Source of the DNA: an uncultured Gammaproteobacteria bacterium
GTDB lineage: Bacteria; Patescibacteriota; Microgenomatia; UBA8517
Assembly (NCBI GenBank): GCA_964435575.1
Contig: CAYSZS010000002.1
Coordinates: 762-64,761, forward strand
DNA length: 64,000 nucleotides
Direction: 5' to 3'
The position numbers and the translations under genes are program-made. Of this stretch, positions 17,722 to 25,836 are shown one piece after another (positions within the stretch are counted from its first letter, which is position 1; every line of letters begins with the position of its first letter). The notes under the pieces were generated by a model, which was not told the origin of the DNA, searched no databases, and saw only the letters and a list, made by a program, of their open reading frames with translations.

Positions 17722-17934
17722 TTATAGGGTTACCGAAAGAATTGAGAAAATCAGAAAGAGACCGGATAGGATAAAGGTCAATCTGAATACTACCTTTTCA
17801 AGGCCTCTTCTGGTAAAGGAAGGGGTAGATCCGCCCCCCCCTCGTGCAAATCCCGTTCCACGAGACTGAAGAAGAATGAGAACGCAAAGACTAATCGAAA
17901 GAAATATTTGGAATATTAGTAAAATTGAACTCAT
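17722..17934 (-). CDS. secG: Preprotein translocase subunit SecG
   Basis: 70 aa. TM-LLQSRGTGFARGGGGS-TM pattern characteristic of SecG. Confidence 0.65.
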   Translation of the reverse strand: MSSILLIFQIFLSISLCVLILLQSRGTGFARGGGGSTPSFTRRGLEKVVFRLTFILSGLFLIFSILSVTL

Positions 17935-17955
17935 ATAACAGTATTATATATTAAA

Positions 17956-18357
17956 TCATTTAACCAACCAATAAATGAAGGAATTAATAAGAGAGAGGAT
18001 AAAAGAGAAACCTACAAATGCTAAAAATTCGTGGAAATTGAGGGCGGGAATGTCTATCCACTTACTTGAGACTCCTGCGAAAATAAAGGCAATAATTTTA
18101 AAATCTTTGATAATTAAAGTCACTATATATAAAACGACAGCGGACGAAACCCATCTGAAAAGACCGAAGGTTACAAGATTAAGGGGAAGTAGTAGGAGGT
18201 TGATAATGGGTTTTGCGAGAAGAAACGTTCCTGTTAGTGCGGCCCCTGCGACTAGTAAAGTAAATATCCCTTTTTCAAATATCATTCCCGAGGCAACTTT
18301 CGATATGGCCCAAAGAGAGAAAGTGTCGATAACATAGTGGCGGAGTATGCGTTTCAT
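17956..18357 (-). CDS. Hypothetical 4-TM membrane protein (DUF360/holin-4-like topology)
   Basis: 133 aa; four hydrophobic helices. Confidence 0.4.
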   Translation of the reverse strand: MKRILRHYVIDTFSLWAISKVASGMIFEKGIFTLLVAGAALTGTFLLAKPIINLLLLPLNLVTFGLFRWVSSAVVLYIVTLIIKDFKIIAFIFAGVSSKWIDIPALNFHEFLAFVGFSFILSLINSFIYWLVK

Positions 18358-18404
18358 ATTATTTTAAGTATATCCATAAGTATATCAATGGGTTAAGACT
18401 GAAA

Positions 18405-19197
18405 ACAAGACATAATCAACATCCGATGTTGTTTAAATTGGAATATCGGGAAACATGTTATAATGTTTTTATGCCGATTAGAAAAACCCCAATAGTTACA
18501 GATCAAATTTATCATGTGTTTAATCGAGGAATTAATAAGCAACCCATATTTTTTACGAAAAGAAATTATCTGAGAGCTTTGGACACTATTAAATACTATC
18601 GTTTCTACAAACCACCACTTCCGTATTCAAAGTATATTAAGCTTACAGATAACATTAAAAACTTGTTAAAAGAAAGTATCAGAAGTGTAGAAAAAGGTGT
18701 TCATATTATCTCTTATACTTTGATGCCCAACCACTATCATTTTTTGCTTAAACAGTTAAAAGACGGTGGCATTAATAATTTTATTAGAAATTTTCAGATA
18801 AGTTATACAAAATATGTTAATAAAAGATTCGACCGTACCGGAGCCCTAATTCAAAGTCAGTTTAAGGCAGTCCTAATAGAAGACGATGAACAATTAATGC
18901 ACATTAGCAGGTATATCCACCTTAACCCACATACATCGTTTGTGGTCAAAGATCTGAAAGAACTTAAAAGTTATCCTTGGTCTTCGCTAGCAGAATATTT
19001 AGGAGTTGCAAAAAATGGTTTTTGCTCAAAAGATATAGTCCTCTCACTTTTTAAAGAGAAAGATATTTACTGGAAATTTATAGCGAATCAAGCTGACTAC
19101 CAGAAGAGATTAGATAAAATTAAACATTTAACTCTTGACTAACTCACCCCGATGTTAAAACGTAATCAAAATCGGATTTTGTCTGAATGGGAATATC
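18405..19197 (+). mobile_element. IS200/IS605-family-like element (Y1/RAYT-type transposase) with hairpin-bearing ends
   Basis: LE: CATAATCAACATCCGATGTTGTTTAAATTGGAATATCGGG. RE: CCGATGTTAAAACGTAATCAAAATCGGATTTTGTCTGAATGGGAATATCGGG. Both end motifs recur in a 230-bp miniature copy at 49464-49693. Confidence 0.6.
18471..19142 (+). CDS. tnpA: Y1 (HUH) transposase, IS200-like/REP-associated tyrosine transposase
   Basis: YHVFNRG motif; HUH motif MPNHYHFLL; catalytic Tyr region ISRYIHLNP; 224 aa. Confidence 0.75.
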   Translation: MPIRKTPIVTDQIYHVFNRGINKQPIFFTKRNYLRALDTIKYYRFYKPPLPYSKYIKLTDNIKNLLKESIRSVEKGVHIISYTLMPNHYHFLLKQLKDGGINNFIRNFQISYTKYVNKRFDRTGALIQSQFKAVLIEDDEQLMHISRYIHLNPHTSFVVKDLKELKSYPWSSLAEYLGVAKNGFCSKDIVLSLFKEKDIYWKFIANQADYQKRLDKIKHLTLD

Positions 19198-19201
19198 GGG
19201 T

Positions 19202-20656
19202 TCAAACGAGCAACAATTCTCTTTGCACTAACTTGTGATGGTAACGGCGGGCGAAGCGGTGGGCTTCGTCGCGGATTCTTTGCAAAAGATTTTTAGCGGG
19301 AATATTAGGAAGCCTTAGTTGGATAAAAGAAAGTCGATTGTCTTTGAATTGAGGGATTACCAGAGTTTCAAATCTTTTGGCAAGTCCGAGAACAGGAATT
19401 TCGTATTTTTTCAGTTCTTCCCAAAAAACTCTTACCTGAGTTTTTCCGCCGTCAACCAAAATTAAATCCGGCATTCCCCACCCTCCTGAAGACGCATCAA
19501 AATATTTACTCCTTCTTTTGATGGTTTCTCTTAATGACGATAAATCATTCCCTTCTGTCTGACTAATTCTGAAATGTCTGTAAAGGGATTTTTCCGGTTC
19601 ACCCATTACGAAAGTAGTCATTGAAGCCGTCGGACTTGAACCGGCTAAGTGGGCTATATCGTAACATTCAATACGCCGAATTTTTCTGGGAAGGCTAATA
19701 TATTGGTATAAAATTGTTTCAAGAGAATTTATCTCATTACGCCTGATATCTTCGATGAAATTGGGATTTTTCAAAAATTCGTTGATCGGTGTAATTGGTT
19801 GAGTAATATAATCAAGTTTCTGTATCTGATCGCGAACAACTTTTGCATTTTCGAAATCCTCTTTTTTAGAATAAATCTCCATTTCTTTTTTAAGTGATTT
19901 CCTAATATAATGAAGGCCACCCGAAAGAATTTTTCTAATCGCTCCTATATTTTTTTTGTAGATAGCCATATGGCCTTTTTTAAGTTTTTCGTCTTTAATA
20001 TTTTCGATGTAGTTTGGACAGGGATAGCATAACCCAATTTGACTATAAAGACATTCTTTATTACCGATTTTGTGCTCGGCATAGGGGAAAAGAGGGCGTA
20101 ACATTTTTAAAACGCTTTTGACGTTTCTTGATGACGGATATGGACCGAAGAAAAAGGTCCCGTCTTTCAAGTCAGCTTTTCTAGCAGTCAGTACTTGGGG
20201 GTATTTTTCTTTGGTTATTTTTATATATAGAGGGTGTTTGTCGTCTTTGAGCTGACTATTATAAATCGGTTGTAGTTTTCTGACTAGATTTGCTTCAAGT
20301 AGAAGCGCTTCTAGTTCTGAAGAAACCTTAATAATTGAGCAGTATTTTGCCTCTCGAATCATTCTTGCGGTTTTCGAAGACAAATTTGTAAGGAAATACG
20401 AAGCGACTCGATTTTTTAAATTCAGAGCTTTGCCGATGTATATTGGTCTTTCCTCTTTATTCCAAAATATATATACACCCGGATTTTGAGGTATTACTTT
20501 TATTCGAACTTCGCGAAGACCTTGCCTGCTAGGGCGGGGATGAAGCGAAGCAGCGAGCAAACTTGTCCGAAGGAATACCCTGCCTGAAGCGAAGCGCATG
20601 GCAGGGTAGTTTATGCTATTTTTATTAACCTTTATTTTTTTTAAGGAATCTAACAT
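19202..20656 (-). CDS. uvrC: Excinuclease ABC subunit C. Alternative start at 20599 (MRFASG...). Apparently lacks the C-terminal RNase H-like/HhH region
   Basis: GIY-YIG (PGVYIFW...IYIGKA). UvrBC-interaction region. LQRIRDEAHRFARRYHHKL near the C-terminus. The stop codon directly abuts the IS element right end. Confidence 0.85.
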   Translation of the reverse strand: MLDSLKKIKVNKNSINYPAMRFASGRVFLRTSLLAASLHPRPSRQGLREVRIKVIPQNPGVYIFWNKEERPIYIGKALNLKNRVASYFLTNLSSKTARMIREAKYCSIIKVSSELEALLLEANLVRKLQPIYNSQLKDDKHPLYIKITKEKYPQVLTARKADLKDGTFFFGPYPSSRNVKSVLKMLRPLFPYAEHKIGNKECLYSQIGLCYPCPNYIENIKDEKLKKGHMAIYKKNIGAIRKILSGGLHYIRKSLKKEMEIYSKKEDFENAKVVRDQIQKLDYITQPITPINEFLKNPNFIEDIRRNEINSLETILYQYISLPRKIRRIECYDIAHLAGSSPTASMTTFVMGEPEKSLYRHFRISQTEGNDLSSLRETIKRRSKYFDASSGGWGMPDLILVDGGKTQVRVFWEELKKYEIPVLGLAKRFETLVIPQFKDNRLSFIQLRLPNIPAKNLLQRIRDEAHRFARRYHHKLVQRELLLV

Positions 20657-22493
20657 TTGATAGTTTGAATTTTTGCTTTAGTAAAATTTCAAAAATTCTA
20701 ATGTGCGTAAGTCTAATATAAGTAAAAATGATTATTATTATTAAAAGGAAAGCCAAAGTCAGAATCTGTGAAATTATACTCTGATTTTTATTTGTAGGGA
20801 TAAAAATCTCTGATCTATATGCATTGATCGAAACTAGCGTAGGCGCTTTTTTGGCAAGGAGTCCGTAAGGAATTTTAAAAGAAGTCTCAAAATTTGCAAA
20901 AGGAGGGAGTTGGGGTATGTAGTTTGAACTCACCACCTTATCATCAAAAATTATTTGAGGAATGAGGTCATAAACGGCTACCGGGCCGGGATTAGAAATC
21001 GTGATTTTTACATTTTTAGAAAAAAGAAAAAAGTTTTTAGGAAAAGAGGCTTGAATAGTAACACTCGACGTTCTTTTATTCGGAAGTTCACCGAATGAAA
21101 CGAAAACGTCTTTTTGAGGATCATCTCCGAGCTTGTAGGAGCCGGCAGAATAGGGAGTAAAGGCATTTTTGCCGTGGATGACAAATGCGAAATGTCTGAG
21201 ATCAAGTTTATTGAAATAATCTACTCCGCTTGTCGAGCCCCAAGTCGGGTCAACCGGTATCCATGTGGCGCGCGATGCATCCCAATATTCTGGCCAGGCG
21301 TGGAGGACGTCGGATACGAACGAGAGGGGTTGAATTTTTGGATTTTCAGAGTAAGCATAGCCGTTAATTTCTCTTGCAGGAATTCCGTTGGCTCGGGCAA
21401 GAGCTATGAAAAGGTCCGTAAACTCGGTACAGATCGCGTTTCTTGGGTTGGCGAGTGCCTTTTTAGCCCCATACCTTTCTGCTTCGGGTTTCACTCTTTC
21501 AAAGTCATAGACAAGAGTTTCGGTTACGTATTTATATATCTCTTCGGGAGTTTTTAAAGTCTTTGCGAGTTCATAGATCCCGGGATCTTCCGTTTGCCAT
21601 ACGTCTTGGGACTTGGTGTTTTCGAGAAGAGTGCTTGACGTGGGTTGAATAAACTTCCTAGGTTTTGAAAAGATTTGGACAAAGCCTTTAACTTTAACCA
21701 GCTTTTTCTGGCGGGGTGAGAAGGAAAAGACCGTAATCCAGTTGCCGCCACTATCTTGATAAATATTTACCGGTTTGGGGTCAATACTCTCGTAAAACAT
21801 CTTTTGAGTTGACGTGTCGGGTGGTATGGCAATTTCCAATTGCGTTTTTTTATTTGAAGTGTTCTCCAGGTGATAGTTTAGAGTGAATGAAAATACCTGA
21901 TATTTACCAAAACCGACCGAAATTCCGCTTGTCAAATCTTCTTTTTGGAAAATAAAAATTTTTCTATCGTTTTCCTCTTTCACCTCTCTTGCGTCGGGGG
22001 CAATATAGGCTTCCTCTCCAAAAGATTTTGGAGTCGATAGTAAAACTTTATATGTAGTGAAGGATTGCGGATTTGCCAACTTGGGGATAAAGACCTCCCA
22101 GACGTCGCCCGTTTTGGTTGCAAGTGAGTCTTCTTCGTAGGTTATTATAAAAGTTCGAGTCTTTCCTATCCCGGGAAGAGTATCTTCAAAATCGACCCTT
22201 AGTTTTGTGCTGTCCGCATCAGTCAACTGAAATACAGAAAGCTTTTTTCCCTCCTCGAAAGCCTTTATATTTTTTGGTTTTCCGCCTGAAATGTTCAGAG
22301 TATAACTTTTGGCCAATAGTTGGGATGTTGAATTTTTTATGGTTATGGTATTGGTAACTTGAGTTTTTCCAGTCTCCTCCACCTTGTATTCTGCAAATGT
22401 CGTGACCGAAAAGTCATTTATTGCATAAGCAATTTTTTGTGATTGAGAGAATAAAAAAAGGAAAATTAGAAAAAAGAGAACTCTCTTAAACAT
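20625..22493 (-). CDS. Transglutaminase-like domain protein (secreted; C-terminal TM anchor)
   Basis: Signal peptide. Cys-His-Asp core: CTEFTDLFIALARANGIPAREINGYAY...HAWPEYW...DPTWG. Terminal TM. Confidence 0.7.
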   Translation of the reverse strand: MFKRVLFFLIFLFLFSQSQKIAYAINDFSVTTFAEYKVEETGKTQVTNTITIKNSTSQLLAKSYTLNISGGKPKNIKAFEEGKKLSVFQLTDADSTKLRVDFEDTLPGIGKTRTFIITYEEDSLATKTGDVWEVFIPKLANPQSFTTYKVLLSTPKSFGEEAYIAPDAREVKEENDRKIFIFQKEDLTSGISVGFGKYQVFSFTLNYHLENTSNKKTQLEIAIPPDTSTQKMFYESIDPKPVNIYQDSGGNWITVFSFSPRQKKLVKVKGFVQIFSKPRKFIQPTSSTLLENTKSQDVWQTEDPGIYELAKTLKTPEEIYKYVTETLVYDFERVKPEAERYGAKKALANPRNAICTEFTDLFIALARANGIPAREINGYAYSENPKIQPLSFVSDVLHAWPEYWDASRATWIPVDPTWGSTSGVDYFNKLDLRHFAFVIHGKNAFTPYSAGSYKLGDDPQKDVFVSFGELPNKRTSSVTIQASFPKNFFLFSKNVKITISNPGPVAVYDLIPQIIFDDKVVSSNYIPQLPPFANFETSFKIPYGLLAKKAPTLVSINAYRSEIFIPTNKNQSIISQILTLAFLLIIIIIFTYIRLTHIRIFEILLKQKFKLSNVRFLKKNKG

Positions 22494-22511
22494 TAGGAAA
22501 GTATAACAGTT

Positions 22512-25481
22512 TTAAGCGTTCTTGAGGAATGCACCGGTATATGATTTTGCTTCCCTTTTGACGTCGTCTAAACTCCCTTGAGATACGATATAACCGCCCG
22601 CCTCTCCTCCTTCGGGACCAAGGTCAATTATCCAATCAGCTGAAGCTATTACGTCAAGATTGTGTTCGATGGTAAAGACGCTGTTACCTTTTGCGACCAA
22701 GAGTTTTAGGACTCCGAGGAGTTTCTCTACATCTGCGAAATGAAGTCCTGTTGTAGGTTCGTCAAGGATATAAACAGTTTTCCCTGTTGCTTTTTTAGTC
22801 AATTCGGAGGCCAATTTTACTCTTTGGGCTTCACCCCCTGAAAGAGTTGTCGCCGATTGTCCAAGTTCAATATAACCAAGGCCCACGTCCTCAAGCGTTT
22901 GCAGTTTTGAAATAATTCTCGCATGTGAATGGAAAAATTCAAGAGCCTCGGAAACGGTTAAATCAAGTACGTCGGCGATATTCTTACCCCTGTAACTTAC
23001 TTCCAGGGTTTGGCTATTATATCGTTTTCCCTGGCAGACGTCACAAGTTACCCATATGTCGCTCATGAACTGCATTTCTATTTTTATTTGCCCCTGACCC
23101 TCACAAGCTTCACAACGCCCGCCTTTGACATTAAAAGAAAATCTTCCTTTTTTAAAACCGAGGGTTCGGGATTCGCGGGTTTGGGAAAAAACTTCTCTTA
23201 TTAAATCAAAGACCTTTGTGTAAGTTGCCGGATTACTTCTCGGCGTTCTTCCGATTGGAGATTGATCGATGAGTATTACTTTATCGACTTTTTCCAGGCC
23301 TTCAATGCCTTTATGAAGACCGACGTCTCCCCTAAACCTGGAATTTAAATTTTTCTCAAGCACCGTGTAAAGCGTTTCAACAAGAAGCGTAGATTTTCCA
23401 CTGCCGGAAACTCCGGTTATTACCACAAACTTACCCAAAGGAAAAGCTACATCGATATTTTTTAGATTGTATTGAGAACAGCCTTTTAGTATAAGGGATG
23501 AGTTTTGATGATTGAAGATCGAGGGTAGATTTTGAAGATCGGAATTTGAAATCTGACTTCCTGCTCCGGTGTTCCATTTTCCGGCTTCTATCTTTCTTCT
23601 TCCGCTCAAAAACTGGCCGGTTATAGATTTGGGATTTTTAGTGATGTTTTCCGGAGTGCCGATTGCGACGGCTTCTCCGCCGAGTTTTCCTGCGCCAGGT
23701 CCAAAGTCGATAACATAGTCAGCAGATTTTATTGTTTGCGCGTCATGTTCAACGACTATTACCGTATTACCCAAGTCTCTTAGTTTTTTCAAAGTGTCGA
23801 TAAGTCTATTGTTGTCTTTCTGGTGAAGGCCGATTGTCGGCTCATCGAGTACATATAAAACTCCGGTTAGACCAGAACCGATTTGGCTTGCAAGGCGGAT
23901 TCTTTGTGCTTCTCCTCCTGACAAAGAACCTGCAGAACGATTGAGCGTGAGGTATTCTAGACCTACAGATAGAAGAAAATTTAGCCTTTCTTTTATCTCT
24001 TTTAAAATGAGCTGTCCAATTTCCTGCTCTCGAGAGCTAAGAATGGTTTTATCAATTAAATTATCAATCCATTCCAAAGCCTCTTTAACCGAAAGTGACG
24101 AAGCATCGGAAATAGATAAATTGTCAATAGTTACGGCAAGCGCTTCCTTTTTTAACCTTGCTCCTTTGCACTCGGTGCATGGAGTTTCACGCATGTATTT
24201 CTCAATCTCGCTCCTTACATAGTCTGATTCTGTTGACGCGTGACGGCTTTCAAGTTCGGCTATTATTCCCGGGAATTGTTCGTAAATAAAAGTGGAGCGG
24301 CCAAACCTGTTTGTGCCTTCGACTCTATATTCACGATTTCCTCTTCCGAAAAGGATCAGGTTTTTCTGTTCTTGGCTAATGTTCTTAATAGGAATTCTGG
24401 GGTCGATTCCATGTTCTTGGCAAACCGTCAGAATAAGTCTTGAGTACCAGGTGTTGTGTTCAAAAATGTTTGAAAAGGGTAGGATGCCTCCTTCGGTTAT
24501 GGAAATTTCTTTTGAGAAAACGCTTTCTGCGTCGACTTTGAGAATCTTTCCTATACCGTTACAACTGGGGCACGCGCCGTGTGGGGAATTAAAAGAAAAA
24601 GTTCTCGGCTCAATTTCGGGGATTTGGATATTGTCGATTGGGCACGCGAAACGCTCGGAAAAAAGATGGTCATTAAAGCTTTTTGGCGTTTCCGGCATTT
24701 CCAGTGATTTATCCAAAATCTCGCTTACTTTAACAAGGCCCTCCGAAAGTTTTAAAGATTTTTCCATGGAGTCCGTAATTCGAGTTTTCAGATTTTCATT
24801 GAAAATTTTGTCTTTAAAATCGCCTAAGCTAAGGGAAATTTTATCTACAACCGCTTCGATTGTATGCTTGTTGGTTTTTATGAGAACCAGATTCTCGGAG
24901 ACGTCTTTGATATACCCGTCTATTCTGACTTGCCTAAACCCCTTTGCTTTGAGATTGTCAAAAAGCGATGAAAATTCGCCCTTTTTGTCGATAACTATTG
25001 GGGATGAAATCATGAATCTCGCAACCTTTTTTTCTTTTGCAATATTTTCCAAGAGCGCTAAAACTGAATTTGTGATTTCGTCAAGTGACTGTCTTGATAT
25101 TTCCCTGCCGCATATCGGACAGTGAGGATGGCCGATTCGTGCAAATAGAAGTCTTAAATAATCGTAGATTTCGGTTACGGTTCCGACCGTTGACCGCGGA
25201 TTTTTGGAAGTTGTTTTTTGGTCGATCGAGATTGCCGGGGACAGCCCTTCGATTGCGTCTACGTCCGGCTTTTCCATTATGCCGAGAAATTGCCTTGCAT
25301 AGGTAGAAAGAGATTCGACATAACGCCTTTGGCCCTCGGCATAAATCGTGTCAAAAGCCAAAGAACTTTTTCCGCTGCCCGATACACCCGTAAAAATAAC
25401 GAGTTTATTTTTCGGGATGTCAACATCGATATTCTTGAGATTATGTTGGCGTGCCCCCCTGATTCTGATTGTATTTTCCAT
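22512..25481 (-). CDS. uvrA: Excinuclease ABC subunit A
   Basis: Two ABC ATPase modules (GVSGSGKSSL, LSGGEAQR x2). Zinc fingers. 989 aa. Confidence 0.95.
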   Translation of the reverse strand: MENTIRIRGARQHNLKNIDVDIPKNKLVIFTGVSGSGKSSLAFDTIYAEGQRRYVESLSTYARQFLGIMEKPDVDAIEGLSPAISIDQKTTSKNPRSTVGTVTEIYDYLRLLFARIGHPHCPICGREISRQSLDEITNSVLALLENIAKEKKVARFMISSPIVIDKKGEFSSLFDNLKAKGFRQVRIDGYIKDVSENLVLIKTNKHTIEAVVDKISLSLGDFKDKIFNENLKTRITDSMEKSLKLSEGLVKVSEILDKSLEMPETPKSFNDHLFSERFACPIDNIQIPEIEPRTFSFNSPHGACPSCNGIGKILKVDAESVFSKEISITEGGILPFSNIFEHNTWYSRLILTVCQEHGIDPRIPIKNISQEQKNLILFGRGNREYRVEGTNRFGRSTFIYEQFPGIIAELESRHASTESDYVRSEIEKYMRETPCTECKGARLKKEALAVTIDNLSISDASSLSVKEALEWIDNLIDKTILSSREQEIGQLILKEIKERLNFLLSVGLEYLTLNRSAGSLSGGEAQRIRLASQIGSGLTGVLYVLDEPTIGLHQKDNNRLIDTLKKLRDLGNTVIVVEHDAQTIKSADYVIDFGPGAGKLGGEAVAIGTPENITKNPKSITGQFLSGRRKIEAGKWNTGAGSQISNSDLQNLPSIFNHQNSSLILKGCSQYNLKNIDVAFPLGKFVVITGVSGSGKSTLLVETLYTVLEKNLNSRFRGDVGLHKGIEGLEKVDKVILIDQSPIGRTPRSNPATYTKVFDLIREVFSQTRESRTLGFKKGRFSFNVKGGRCEACEGQGQIKIEMQFMSDIWVTCDVCQGKRYNSQTLEVSYRGKNIADVLDLTVSEALEFFHSHARIISKLQTLEDVGLGYIELGQSATTLSGGEAQRVKLASELTKKATGKTVYILDEPTTGLHFADVEKLLGVLKLLVAKGNSVFTIEHNLDVIASADWIIDLGPEGGEAGGYIVSQGSLDDVKREAKSYTGAFLKNA

Positions 25482-25512
25482 TGACTATAACCGCGGAGTA
25501 AGCCGTGGTACA

Positions 25513-25836
25513 ATGGATTATATCATGCAACCGCTTGACCTTTTACCAAGAGGACAATTTACTCCCCTTAATGAAATCTCGATTTTGGGTTTAATTGCCG
25601 CCTTTGTTCATATTGTTTTAATCGTTGCCTCTGTCCTTTTTGTTTTTAATCTTTTATTTGGAGGAATAAAGCTTATTATCTCGGGCGGAAATAGGGAAAA
25701 ATCGGAAGAATCAAGGCGTCAGATAGTCAATGCGTTTATTGGGGTTTTTATTGTTTTTATAACCTGGGCACTATTAGGATTTTTAAGCCAATTTTTCGGA
25801 ATAGACCTTCTCAGCTTTGAAATTCCAACTCTTTGA
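25513..25836 (+). CDS. Small two-TM membrane protein, possibly TrbC/VirB2-like pilin
   Basis: 108 aa from MDYIM. Two hydrophobic helices with a Gly-rich linker. The longer ORF start overlaps uvrA and is rejected. Confidence 0.35.
   Translation: MDYIMQPLDLLPRGQFTPLNEISILGLIAAFVHIVLIVASVLFVFNLLFGGIKLIISGGNREKSEESRRQIVNAFIGVFIVFITWALLGFLSQFFGIDLLSFEIPTL

Noticed and set aside
24292-25125. 277-aa ORF antisense to uvrA, plus other antisense ORFs in uvrA, uvrB, ppsA, gpmI and dnaE
   Set aside because: Embedded antisense in well-supported conserved genes; typical shadow ORFs.
25348-25512. Long start of the small membrane protein ORF overlapping uvrA
   Set aside because: It overlaps the uvrA N-terminus on the other strand; the internal start at 25513 was adopted.
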